A stretch of DNA of 64,000 nucleotides from Rhynchopus sp. YZ270_cl-10 (Eukaryota): contig OZ037844.1 of assembly GCA_964035575.1 (NCBI GenBank), forward strand, positions 1,054,001 through 1,118,000. The letters run 5' to 3'. This document shows positions 50,491 through 61,531 of the stretch, piece after piece (the first letter of the stretch is position 1; every line of letters starts with the position of its first letter). The notes beneath the pieces are model-generated. The model saw only the letters and a program-made list of their open reading frames with translations. It searched no databases and was not told the origin of the DNA. Both the position numbers and the translations under genes were made by a program.

Positions 50491-51171
50491 AACGGGCGTG
50501 GTAGGCACCCGAAGTCATAAAATGGCCCAAAGAATCCAAAAAACCTCAGAAATACATGTTCGTGAAAAAACATTGACAAGTCAAAATTCAACCACAATAC
50601 GGTCATTTTGTGCATACCCTGTAGCTGTAGTGGCTAGAGAACACGCATGCAGACCTGTTCCTTGCAATTTCCAGTGTTGTGTTTATCAATGCATGCATCC
50701 AGAGGACCTCTGGTTTGCGGAATCGTAGGCACTCCTGCAGCAAAAATGAAGTCGGTTTTTGACCCAAAATCGGGGTGTGTGGGCCATAATTTGCTCCAAA
50801 TTTGGCCGAAAATTGGGATTTTTCTGAAAATTTCATTGTGCTCAGCAAAAATCCTTGCTTTTTTGAAGAATTTTCCAAAAAATATGCTATACCCCCTATG
50901 ACTGGACCCAACTCCCCTCACCCTTTTTTTTTTCTTCACCCAAAAGGGCCGGAAATTTTACACACTAATACACAAACTTACGGACCCCCCGTTTATTCTC
51001 GCTTTTTCCCCCAAAAAATCGCTGGTTTTATTCTCGCTTTTTTTTCCTTTTTTAAAAAAACCCGCAGAGGCAGTTTTTTCCTGCATATGATGACCTACAC
51101 GTACAAAGAGGGTGGTGGGAGAGAAAAGAGCGGCTTGCACACACTCATGATTCACAATGAATGAAATAAAC

Positions 51172-51469
51172 CAGGCACTCCGCTAGGTACTAAAGTTCTG
51201 TTGATTGTCAACAGAACTTTTTGAAAATGGGGAAAAAAAGAAAAAAAAAAAAAATTCTGCTAAGTGGTTCAGACCCGTTCTACCTGTCAAAAAAGCTCAG
51301 GAGAAGAAGATCTGGAGAGGTGAGTGCTCAAACGTCCCAAAAAAGTCAAAATCGGGCGTTGGTAAAAAAAAAAGTTGCGTACCGTGCGCCTGCGGCGCAA
51401 GCATGTACCCCACCTACGTGGACCATCAACAGAATATTTTCAAAATCGGAAATCCTAGCGGAGAGTCTG
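51172..51469. mobile_element. hAT-type MITE
   Basis: TIR cag.c.ctccgctagg; 8-bp TSD aaataaac. Confidence 0.87.
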
Positions 51470-51477
51470 AAATAAAC

Positions 51478-51522
<45 letters not shown>

Positions 51523-51523
<1 letters not shown>

Positions 51524-54500
51524 AGGAGGCGTGCGTTCCCGAGAGGGGACCCTGGTGGGTTTGTTGCCCCGTTGACCAGCAGACGAGACAACGTCTGGCG
51601 TGTAACCTCCTAGTCGGCGCATCACCCGGGCTGCTCCACGGAGACAGTGGGTGGTGCGTGGTACGGGGACGACAGTCCTCACCTAGCATCCGGAATTCCA
51701 GGTATGTCAACACACACTAGCAAAGGACACACAGGGGTGGCTGAGAGGTTGGTGTTTGGTAGTTGCCAATGGCGGCTTGCTGACGGGGACCTGGACCATC
51801 TCACTGGGTGACTGCTGTATCTGCATTGTGTGGTTTTTACTGCACGCTTGTGGCTGCTGTCAGGGCTATCTACGATGGGTGAGGCGCTTCTTCCGAACGT
51901 CTGCAGCGGCTGCGTTGGCCTTCGGGACTTCACGGATGCTGTCGGTACGCTCAGGAGATGTCGTCCTCCCTGGACCTTGGCTGGGTGTCTGCAGTGACGC
52001 ACCGGGTGCGTCCACTGTTTGAATCCACAGGGGTGATCCACAGCCACAGAACTGGTCCGTCCAGGTCAGGGTGTGCCTCCCATGTAAAAGCCCCCATCAA
52101 AGACTTCTGTAGCCACTCCTGTCCGCGTTGGAGTCTGGGTGACCGTTGCAACGGCCTCTAGGGAGAGAGAGGCCGGTGTAGTCAGGGACTACCCACATGG
52201 TGAGCACACTCGACGACTGCAAGCAACTGCACCGCTATTTGCTGCGGTGGTGCCTTTGTGAGCAGCACTCGTTCGATGTTGTGGCTCACATGTAACAGAC
52301 TCCGACACTAGTGAGTGGTGACATAACCGCGACGGTTGGGATGTGAACAGGCTAGGCTGGTGAATCTGTTAGGGAGTTGTGTCGGATGCATACTTGTGGG
52401 GAGTCACTCCCCTGCAGACAGGCGTGACCAACTTGCCGAGCAGAGGTCAGGTCGAGTAATCGGCTGGCTAACGGTCAAAGATCGCATTGGGTCGGCAGAT
52501 TCATGCGGTTCAGACCGTCGGTTCCACCTCCGGGCGACTGGAGTGGTCAGCGCGAGCTGGCTGTGTCCCACCAGTGCGTGAAACCACAAACTGGGACGCA
52601 TGGGATCGCTACAGACTGGGTCACCAGCCGGTCCTCTCAAGCAGAGGGCTCAATGTACAGTCGGGCCACAGTGAGTTACACACCCCGCGGACTTCGGAAG
52701 TTTCTGTGATACGGAAGAAGCCAACGGGTGGTAGTGAGCTGTGCTCTCGGTGGAAGGGCGTGTCTGAAAAGGACACAACCAGGAGACCGAGGGGCTGCTG
52801 GTCGGAAACACCCCAGGTATGTGTAAAAAGGGTGTAGGACGGCTAGCAGCGGAAAGGTCCTCAGCCTGACCTGCGCCTCCCCACTTCTTCTTCAGGGGAG
52901 GAGGGCAAAGGGGACAAGTGAGAAATGAACCCCTTGGAGTCCTGGGAGGGGCCCCAGTATCACCCCGGCTGCGCAGTGAAGGGGAGGGAGGGGAAGGTGA
53001 CGGAGGCAGCAGCAGCAACCACAACGAGGGCAATTGTAGCAGCAACCGTAGCAGCAACAGCAACAGCAGCTACAGACGCGGCAACAGTTCTGGTGATCCT
53101 AGTTGGGGTGGTGGGGGCTGCGGGAAGGGGCCCAGGGGATGGGTAAGCAGGGCAGGAACGTCGGCTCAACCCCTGATACTGTGGCGGCACTCCCAAGGGC
53201 TGGTGGCCATGATGGACGAGATCCTGCAGTGGTTCCCCGTCACACAGACAATGTTACCGTCATACGAGCAGGTGGCCAGGTGGACCACAATTGTGGGGGC
53301 TATGTGGGTCTACGCGCTGGTCATGGCTGTGATGGTGTCAGGGCTGCTCTTCCCACCGAGGCGGCCCAGACGGTACCGCAGGCACTGGAGGAGACGCAGC
53401 CGGCGCTTCTTTCTCATTTACAAGAGGAGTGCTGAGAGGTGGCAGAGCCGTAAGCAGGGGACAGTCCGAATGGAGCCAGGGGCGATGCGTGGGGGGGCAG
53501 ATGACGGCAATGTACTGGGCAAGGCGGAGGTCGATGCGCTGCTAGAACGCAATGGAGGGAAGCGCATCGCCAACGACATGCAAGGGAACTGCATGTACGT
53601 CTCCCTCATGGGCAAGATGGGCAGTTACCTGGACGTAGCCAACGAACGCAAAGAGCTGGCCAGGAGTGCGTTGACGACCGAGAAGAAGCGCGGCCTCAGA
53701 AGACACTTCGACACGGAGGCTGAATTCTCCACGTGGGTGGCAGGGGTGGAAGGAGACGCTTGGGGTGACCTGCTGACGCTACACCACATAGCCATGACAT
53801 GGTCGTTGACGATCCTGGTTGTGCAGCCGGGGGCGTGCCCCATGGTGGTGGTGAACAGGGAACGCCAGTCGAAGAAGAAGACACAAAAGAAGAAGCCACG
53901 GGAGGTGAGGGTGATATCGCTGATTGGGGAACACTACGAGCAGGTGCAGATGGACCCGGCACAGGCTTCCGCACTAGCCAATGCCGCCCCCATTGCAGAG
54001 CTCATCCCATCCCGGCTGGCGGTGTCTCCGATTCCCGGCATGACGAAGGACGCGACTTCTCCACTGGAAGGGGACTCCCCCCTCCTCTACTGCCCAGTAC
54101 CGTGTTGCCAGGGAAGCCGGTTCCACCGGGACATCCCCTTATCCGGTCCAGGGCTACGCGCACATATCGCTGGCCACCTAGCAGAGGGAGACCACATTCC
54201 GCACGACACTCTGCGGAAGTTCGGCCTGGGTCAATGTGGTGTGTGTGACGGCATCCGAGCAGCGAAGAACGAGACGTGCCTGCAATGCTCGAGGCTGGTA
54301 CAGGCGGTGCCACGCCCGTCACCCACCATCCGCACACCGGCGCAGGAAGTGGACGACCGCGACATGCCGGACTGGTATGAGATCGCGGCAGCACCCATCC
54401 CGACCCACGACACCGTGCCCAAAGCGATTGACCGGGCGGCGGCGGTGGAGTTCGCGAAGGTGTTGGAAGACGTAGCTGGCTGCAACGACGAGAACAGCTG

Positions 54501-57500
54501 GAAGAGGCTTTGCATGTTCGCAAAACTCGTGTTGTCCAGAAAACGGGGAGGTGCGAACATCAGCAAGAAGGTGGTGGCACAGCGGGAGGCGGAGGTGACG
54601 GAGTGGTCGCAGGGGGAAATTGCGGCGATGTGGTCTGCAGCGACTCGATCTCTTCCTGGGCGTGGGCCGGGCAAGGAGCGGAAGGAGCCGACGAAGGAGG
54701 AGAGGGAGAAAGCGTGTGTCACTGAAGTCCGGAACGGTAGGCTCGCAGCAGGGATGAGTCGTCTCCACAAAGGCGGTACTGCGCCCGTTACGATAGAGAC
54801 GACAGCGAAGCTGAGGGCGAAGCACCCGGAGGAGGCCCCACAGGTGGCAAACACCACTGCGCACGTTGCCCTCGAACCCCTGAAGCCCATCGACGCCCTG
54901 AAGGCCATCAAGAGCATGTCGAAGGGATCATCACCAGGCCCATTCGGTCTCAGGGGCGACCATTTGAAGGAATGGATGGTCAAACACCCTGACCTCAACC
55001 TCCTCCCCCTCATGACGCTAGTCCTGGACCTATTGCGAAGAGGCCAGGCCCCACCTGAGGCAGCAGAATTTCTTGCCGGAGCCACGCTCGTCGCCCTGAA
55101 GAAAGGTGAAACGGATGTCCGCCCCATATCTGCAGGCAACACACTTCGTCGGGTGGTGAGCAAGATTGAAGTGGGATCAGTCCGGACGCAGGCGCGGGAC
55201 AAGCTTCTCCCTGGTCGCCAAGTAGGGGTGGCGGTGGATGGTGGACTGGAGGCTGCTACAATGGTGGTGGCGGATTACGTGAAACGCAACCTAGGGAAGA
55301 ACAAGGTGATAGTCCTCGTGGACTATGAAAACGCTTTCAACAGCATCCACCGGTCCACCTTCCTCGCGGCTACTCGAAAGTACCTCCCCACCATCTCCCC
55401 ATGGATCGAGTGGTGTTACGGCAGGCCGACTTCCCTCCTGCACGGCGACGACCTCATCCAGTCGCAACGAGGGGCACAGCAGGGTGACCCGGCAGGACCG
55501 CTTCTTTTCTCCCTAGGGATCAAGGAACTGACGGAGGAGGTGAAGGCGATGCCGGGGATTGATGCCAGCTTGTGGTACCTGGACGACGGGACCATCATGG
55601 GCCCACCCGAAGCAGTGGGACGGGCGTTGAAGCTGGTGCAGGAGCGGAGCCTGGCGATGGGTCTGCGGGTGAAGCTGGCGAAATGCGAGGTGATTGCGCT
55701 AGGACAGCAGACGCCACGTGACCTAGCACAGGCGGGCTTGCCAGTGTGTGCCCATGGATACCCGGACGACGGTGCGTGCGCAGCATGTGAGGGCAAGGCC
55801 ATGAAGGTGCAGTACGGTGGGTTCGCGTTCTTGGGGGCGCCTATCGGTGACGACGAGTTTTGCGAGTCCTACATGGACAAGCAGGTGAAGGAGTTCGCTG
55901 AGCAGCTCCGCCTCCTCAAGGACCTCAAGGACGTACAGGTCGGGTTGACGCTTCTTCGCCAGTGTGAAGGCTTCGCGAGGATGGTGTTTTACATGCGTGC
56001 TATCGGACATGCGTGTACTCATCAGTACCTCAAGGAGTACGACAAGGAGGTCGACGCTGCGCTCGCCTCGTTGATGGGTGACACGGAAGGGCTTCTCCCA
56101 GAGATGGCACGTCGTCAGGCAGCACTTCCCTGCAGAGCTGGAGGCATGGGAGTCCGTCGCATCCGTGACCACTGGACGGCCGCGGCGATGGGGTCGCGGA
56201 GCGGGCTACATGAGTTGTGTAAGGTGCTAGACCCGGAGTTCCAATGGGATGCGGAAGGGTGGAAAGAGACTGCGACGGAGCACAACCGACATGTAGCAGA
56301 AGCAGACAAAGTAGACCCTCTGGTGAGACCAGCCACCCCTGTGCGACAAAGGGAGCTATCGGCAGGAATCCTCGAAGAACAGCTGCGGCGACTGTACCTG
56401 GAGGGTGATGCGGCTGATCGGGCACGGATGAACTCCCTCTCCCTTCCGCATGCAGGCGCGTGGCTCATGGCGCCCCCAACGTGGGAACATCACATCCCCC
56501 CGGAGCAGTTCCAGGCGGTCTGCAGGATCCGCATGCACCTACCTCTCTTCGCAGACGGGGTCCAGTGCAGGCAGTGTGGGCAGGCCATGGACGCGAGAGG
56601 CGACCACATTTTCGCCTGCAAGATGGGAGGACACCGCATTCTGAGGCACAACGCAGTACGCGACTTCGTCTACTCCGTTGCGAACGAAGCAGGTCTAGGC
56701 CCCACTCTCGAACCCCAACACCTGGTACTGGGGAACAAGAAGCCAGCAGACCTCTTCCTGTCCACGGGGGTGGGCGAGTCGCGGGGGCGGGCCATTGACG
56801 TGACAGTGTGGACCCCGACGTGCAAGTCGATGGTGCAGGGTGCTGCGGTGGCCAAGGGGTACACGGCAACGAAGGCGGAGGCGGCGAAGAGGGGGAAGCA
56901 CCAGGCCGCCTGCATTGCTGCACGGATCACCTTCACTCCATTCGCGTTGGAGACGACGGGAGGGTTCGGGCCTGCGGCATCCACAATCTGGACGCAAATG
57001 CTACGCTTCGCAGCCGACAGGAAGCTGGGCAGCAAGCAGGAGATGTCGCGTCGTTGGGCGTGGGGGATGGGCACTACGCTGCAGCGGATGATTGGCAAGT
57101 CAGCGATGGACAGAGGGTGTCTGCGCGGGGACACAGCAGGCGCGCTCAGGGAGAGGATAGAGGTGGACGTCGCGCCGTTGCCAGGTGAGGACGAACACTT
57201 CCGACTTCCTCCCGACCACCTGCCTCCCATAGATTATGCACCAGACGACGGTCTATTCGATATCGACGTGTCCGCACTGAACCCCGAAGAGCCTGCGGAG
57301 CACCCTGACCCTCCACCTTGCCCTAACCCGGCGGATGGGAGCGCAACTCGACCACAGACGTTCCACGAAGAACTTTGGAACACCCTCGGGATGACAGTCC
57401 CAACGGTAACAGTGCCGTTCACTGTCGGGGACTGCGCCTTTGATGCAGTCAGGTGGCTGCTACGGGAGTGGAGGGACATCTCCTCTGGGGACCTGCGGAA

Positions 57501-59525
57501 GCTTGCAGTGACGAGGGTCAAGCAGGACAGGGACCTGGCGAACTCGGCGGAACCGACTTTCGGGTCGTGGGTGCGCTGGATGAGCGTGGAGGGGAGTCCG
57601 GACACTCGTTCGTGGGCGGACGTGACGGCGTTGGCTGGTCTCTCCCGTGCATTACAGATAGTTGTGGCGGTGGTGCGGGCGGACAGCAAGACGACATTCC
57701 TGAGACCGGCGGCAGCCCCACGAGGTGCGATAGCCCTGCTACACGAAGGACCGGTGGGCGCCGGGCACTACTCCCCTCTAGTGGTAGGTGCAGTGGCGAG
57801 GGGGATGATGATGAAGATGGAGCCACAAATCCCCCCTGTGGAGATGCAGTGCATGAACACCGGAACGCTGTCGTACATGGGTGACAGGCAGGATAGAGAC
57901 GGAGAGATGGTGACGTGCGAGGGCTGCGCTGCGGTATTCGAGGACAGCATTGCACATTGGTTCTGTTCGGCGTGCCCACTCAAGTGGTGTACTAATGAGG
58001 CCTGCGCAGGGGAGGGCGCTAAATGTGCAGCACGCAGGCGCAGAGCCACCACCACTCCTTCTACATCGACCACCAGCCAGGGAGGTAGCTTTTACAACAA
58101 CAGCAACCCAGCACCCCCACTGGCCGAGGTAGAGATTAAGGAAGAGGAGTTGGATGAGGCCTTCGAGTCCAGCCGCATGGAGATGGAAAGGCGCAGCAAC
58201 AGCAACAGCAACAGCAACAACAACAACAACAGCAACAACAACAACGACACCAACACTGACAACAACGACGACGACGTTGCCGACACCAACCACGACACTA
58301 ACATGACCGAGAACGCCGCACCGACAATGACCGCAATGAGGACCAGCTTTCAACAACAAAAGCCATCAGCTATCCTGTGCGAATTAAAGGAGGGGTCGGC
58401 CAAAAAGGGTGCATGGAAGGAAGCATCCGCCAGGAAGAGGAGGGAACAGGCGGAGCAGCGCGTCGCCGAAAAACGCGCAGAGAAGGCTGCGGCCAAAAGG
58501 CGAGCACCCACCGCCCACCCAGCAGGATCTGACGCCCCTGTGGAGGTAGCTTCCTGTGCGAGGTATGGAGAGACTGTGCCCGCCAGTGTAGATGAGTGGC
58601 GGAGGCACTTCTACCCCGAGCGTGGGCAGAAGCAGGGCAGCACCCCCCTGAGTCCGGAGAGAGCGCTGCAGGACCTGCAGGAGTGGTGGGAGGAGAGGCA
58701 GGTGAGCGGTGACGGGAGACGGGAGAAGAGAGAGACGGAGCGGTTCCGGAACGCCAAGGAGCTGCTCCGTAGGATGGCTGCTTAGGAGGAAAGCGGCCAG
58801 CATTAGATTCGTTTTTAGACCCCCCCCCCCCCCCCCTTTTCTTTTGTGTGTAGCAACACTCGTTTCTTCCCTTTTCTTTTCCCCCACCCCTCTTCTTTAG
58901 AGACCTGTTTGTCTAGATTTTTGCTGAACTGCATCTAGTCCTCGCTCAGAATGGCCGTGAGTGACGCAAGGACTCGTGAGTAAGATGATGTGTTTGGTAA
59001 TCTGTGAATTCCCTTTCCCCTCCCCCCCCCCCCCCCCAGCCCCTCCCATACGAGTTCCATGAGTGACCGCTAATGGCGTTAATTACCCTATCAAAAAAGA
59101 CTACAAGGACAAAAAGAACAAAAAGGACGCTTGTTGTGACAAGAACGGAACTTCGTATTGTAAAAAGAAAACATCCCCCCCCCCCCCTCCAGAACCAGCT
59201 GGGTACCAAACTGGAACGCTAAGTAAAACCACACTGACTGGACAGTCTGTCTTCTCCCCTGCCTCTCCCATGTTAATACTCCATTTTTCCTCAATTGTCA
59301 ATGGTGCTGACTGTGCTGATGACAATAACAATCCATCTCTAGTTTTGTTCACTTTTGTGCCTCGTTCTAACTAACCGGCACTGTACAGATTGTAAGACAT
59401 CTGGCCCTCGCTTCGCTCGGACCAAGTGCTTTTCATGTGCATAGTAAACGTACCCCCCTCGCCCTGTCCAGTTTGATGTGGAAAAAAAAAAAGTCGAAAA
59501 AAAAAAAAAAAAAAAAAAAAAAAAA
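51523..59525 (+). mobile_element. Full-length CRE-like (RLE-type) non-LTR retrotransposon; 3' boundary uncertain
   Basis: Sharp GC-rich block starting after A43 (51480-51522); one long RT-RLE ORF; candidate tail A29 at 59497-59525. Confidence 0.8.
52918..58785 (+). CDS. Retrotransposon polyprotein: OTU-like, zinc fingers, RT, CCHC/RLE endonuclease, second OTU-like, Cys-rich domain (first in-frame ATG 53209)
   Basis: RT motifs VRPISAG, DYENAFNS, QQGDP, YLDD, FLGAPIG. RLE motifs CxxC..H..C, RHN, KPADL, IDVTV. OTU-like motifs GNC/WGD/EHY and GDC/WAD/GHY. Confidence 0.92.
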   Translation: MRNEPLGVLGGAPVSPRLRSEGEGGEGDGGSSSNHNEGNCSSNRSSNSNSSYRRGNSSGDPSWGGGGCGKGPRGWVSRAGTSAQPLILWRHSQGLVAMMDEILQWFPVTQTMLPSYEQVARWTTIVGAMWVYALVMAVMVSGLLFPPRRPRRYRRHWRRRSRRFFLIYKRSAERWQSRKQGTVRMEPGAMRGGADDGNVLGKAEVDALLERNGGKRIANDMQGNCMYVSLMGKMGSYLDVANERKELARSALTTEKKRGLRRHFDTEAEFSTWVAGVEGDAWGDLLTLHHIAMTWSLTILVVQPGACPMVVVNRERQSKKKTQKKKPREVRVISLIGEHYEQVQMDPAQASALANAAPIAELIPSRLAVSPIPGMTKDATSPLEGDSPLLYCPVPCCQGSRFHRDIPLSGPGLRAHIAGHLAEGDHIPHDTLRKFGLGQCGVCDGIRAAKNETCLQCSRLVQAVPRPSPTIRTPAQEVDDRDMPDWYEIAAAPIPTHDTVPKAIDRAAAVEFAKVLEDVAGCNDENSWKRLCMFAKLVLSRKRGGANISKKVVAQREAEVTEWSQGEIAAMWSAATRSLPGRGPGKERKEPTKEEREKACVTEVRNGRLAAGMSRLHKGGTAPVTIETTAKLRAKHPEEAPQVANTTAHVALEPLKPIDALKAIKSMSKGSSPGPFGLRGDHLKEWMVKHPDLNLLPLMTLVLDLLRRGQAPPEAAEFLAGATLVALKKGETDVRPISAGNTLRRVVSKIEVGSVRTQARDKLLPGRQVGVAVDGGLEAATMVVADYVKRNLGKNKVIVLVDYENAFNSIHRSTFLAATRKYLPTISPWIEWCYGRPTSLLHGDDLIQSQRGAQQGDPAGPLLFSLGIKELTEEVKAMPGIDASLWYLDDGTIMGPPEAVGRALKLVQERSLAMGLRVKLAKCEVIALGQQTPRDLAQAGLPVCAHGYPDDGACAACEGKAMKVQYGGFAFLGAPIGDDEFCESYMDKQVKEFAEQLRLLKDLKDVQVGLTLLRQCEGFARMVFYMRAIGHACTHQYLKEYDKEVDAALASLMGDTEGLLPEMARRQAALPCRAGGMGVRRIRDHWTAAAMGSRSGLHELCKVLDPEFQWDAEGWKETATEHNRHVAEADKVDPLVRPATPVRQRELSAGILEEQLRRLYLEGDAADRARMNSLSLPHAGAWLMAPPTWEHHIPPEQFQAVCRIRMHLPLFADGVQCRQCGQAMDARGDHIFACKMGGHRILRHNAVRDFVYSVANEAGLGPTLEPQHLVLGNKKPADLFLSTGVGESRGRAIDVTVWTPTCKSMVQGAAVAKGYTATKAEAAKRGKHQAACIAARITFTPFALETTGGFGPAASTIWTQMLRFAADRKLGSKQEMSRRWAWGMGTTLQRMIGKSAMDRGCLRGDTAGALRERIEVDVAPLPGEDEHFRLPPDHLPPIDYAPDDGLFDIDVSALNPEEPAEHPDPPPCPNPADGSATRPQTFHEELWNTLGMTVPTVTVPFTVGDCAFDAVRWLLREWRDISSGDLRKLAVTRVKQDRDLANSAEPTFGSWVRWMSVEGSPDTRSWADVTALAGLSRALQIVVAVVRADSKTTFLRPAAAPRGAIALLHEGPVGAGHYSPLVVGAVARGMMMKMEPQIPPVEMQCMNTGTLSYMGDRQDRDGEMVTCEGCAAVFEDSIAHWFCSACPLKWCTNEACAGEGAKCAARRRRATTTPSTSTTSQGGSFYNNSNPAPPLAEVEIKEEELDEAFESSRMEMERRSNSNSNSNNNNNSNNNNDTNTDNNDDDVADTNHDTNMTENAAPTMTAMRTSFQQQKPSAILCELKEGSAKKGAWKEASARKRREQAEQRVAEKRAEKAAAKRRAPTAHPAGSDAPVEVASCARYGETVPASVDEWRRHFYPERGQKQGSTPLSPERALQDLQEWWEERQVSGDGRREKRETERFRNAKELLRRMAA

Positions 59526-60275
59526 CGTAACTAATAGCTGGCACGTAAATAGTGCCAGGTTCACAGTTAATTAAATACACAGAAACACTACTTCGAGTGT
59601 GGTTACACCGACCCCTGCAAATTCCCCGCGTACATGGAGGTGAGGGAGGGTGTGTGTGAGATAAAAACATCACCCAGTGTTGTTCATGTTCATAATGTAT
59701 TTGCGTACCTAGTGGAAAAAAATCGCTGTCAAAAAAAGTTACCTTCTTGTGTACCCTCTTTTACGAACAGTGTCGTATGGAGATTTGTGGGGTTGTGAAG
59801 ACCAGATCATACCTTCGTAAGAAGGTCTGGAGCTTTGGTAACAACAGACAGGGTGGACTCTAACCATGCAGGCGTATATCCATTTCGAGAAAAAGCAAAG
59901 ACATAAAAAGCGTGGGGCCAGTGGAAACAGGTGGTGTGGAAGTCTCCCTCCTGAGGGTGGTGGTGGGAATCTGTCTGCCTTGACACGAGTAAGTGAGGGA
60001 GGGGGTCTGCAAGATACAAACATCGTTTAGTCTTTTTCATGTTCAGAATGTATTTGTGTACCTGGTGGGAAAATCGCTCACTCACCCCAACGGGGTGTTG
60101 TGTTGGGGGTGTCTGCCTGCTCAAGGAGAACTTGCACTGCAGACGACTGCTTACAAAAGTTGTGAATACAGTGGTTAAAGAAAGTTTACGCCTCAACTAA
60201 TGGCGGAATTGAAATCGATGGCGGAAATTACTTTAGGCGGAACTTTTCTTAGACGGAACTTTCTTTAACCACTGT

Positions 60276-61531
60276 TGGTGTGGCTGAAGGGGTCTGATTT
60301 GCACTTTTCCGCACTTTTTCCGCACTTGTTCGCACTTTTAGCATGTAGGCTTGCTGACTGTCTTTGCCAAATACACAGTCACGCAGGTACACAGTACCTA
60401 CAGTACCTAAAGGGGGGGTGGACCTATTATCCGGGTAGACCTATTATCCCTAGGATAATAGGTCCCCCTGTTTTGGAGTTAAATTTTAACTTTTTAACTT
60501 TTGGGATGGTAAAAAAAATTTTATTAAAAATTTGGGGTGGGATTCTGGCGTTCGGCCAGTTTGCGTGCTCGCTTTCATGCCGGTTTTGCCAGCGCAGGCT
60601 GCAGCAAGGCCATCTTCCTTCCTGGCGTTGCAGCTGGGGCAGAGGGTCTGAGGATGATGGTGGGGCTGGTTGGGCAGGTTGGGCTGCTTGTACTTCTGCT
60701 GCTGGGGCATCTATCTCCATCACCTCAGAGTCCACAGGGCTGTCTGGCTGCTCCACCTCCAAGACCTCTTCCTTCACCTGCAGCAGCTCCTCCTTCACCT
60801 CCCCTTTGCGCACCTTTGCCTTGTGCGTTGAACATCGCGTCCAGGCGCTTTTTTCCCTTAGGGAGGGCTTTTGGTGGCTTTGCTGCCAAAAGCTCGCATC
60901 GTCGTCCTCAGTCTCGTCGTCTTCAATCACCATCACGGCCTCCCTGTGAGCTTCCAGAGGTTCCGCAACACGTTAGCTAGCGCCGCAGGCGCACGGTGCG
61001 CTACTTTTTCTTTCGCCATGCTGCATTCCCCCATTCCGGTTAAATTGAAGAAAATTGTCCCCTACGAGTAGAATTCTGTGGGGGGGTAGGTGAGAGGCGG
61101 GTCGGAGCCCCCGCCCCTCACCTACCCCCACCCCAGCCCCAATCCAAAACCCAAATTACCTCCGTATGGACACGTATGGATTCTACCTTTTCAAAAATAA
61201 TTCACGTATGGATTTCCATACGTTCCACACGTGGAGCGTATCTCTGGTTTACAGGATTGTGCATGTTTAAGGGTAAAAAGGGGGGGAAAGAGTGACCGGG
61301 ATAGCAGCGGGATAACAGCGGGATAGCAGCGGGATAATAACAATTTTTAATCGACTTAAAATTTGGTCTGAAAGCGAAAATCTGAAATTTTAGGGTGGAT
61401 AATAGGTCCACCGTCCCTTTACAGTACACAGTGTTCAACTTTTACAAGGTGGGGAAAAAAATTTTGGGGGCTGATTCGCACTTTTTCCGCACTTTTCCGC
61501 ACTTTATGCTCCTCCCCTTTCAGCCACACCA
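60276..61531. mobile_element. TG...CA MITE with 5-bp TSD actgt, hosting the 1-kb element
   Basis: tggtgtggctgaagggg / cccctttcagccacacca; actgt on both flanks. Confidence 0.85.
60410..61419. mobile_element. 1-kb TA-TSD TIR element, copy 2
   Basis: Nearly identical to 38998-40006; TA flanks. Confidence 0.92.

Noticed and set aside
51480..51710. Spliced-leader RNA gene or HDV ribozyme at the insertion site
   Set aside because: No match to leader sequences I know and HDV pairings could not be completed; kept only as a structured leader.
14157..58785. Diversity-generating retroelement linking the RT to ankyrin variation
   Set aside because: The RT is non-LTR type with an RLE domain; no template/variable repeat pair with adenine-only mismatches was evident by eye.
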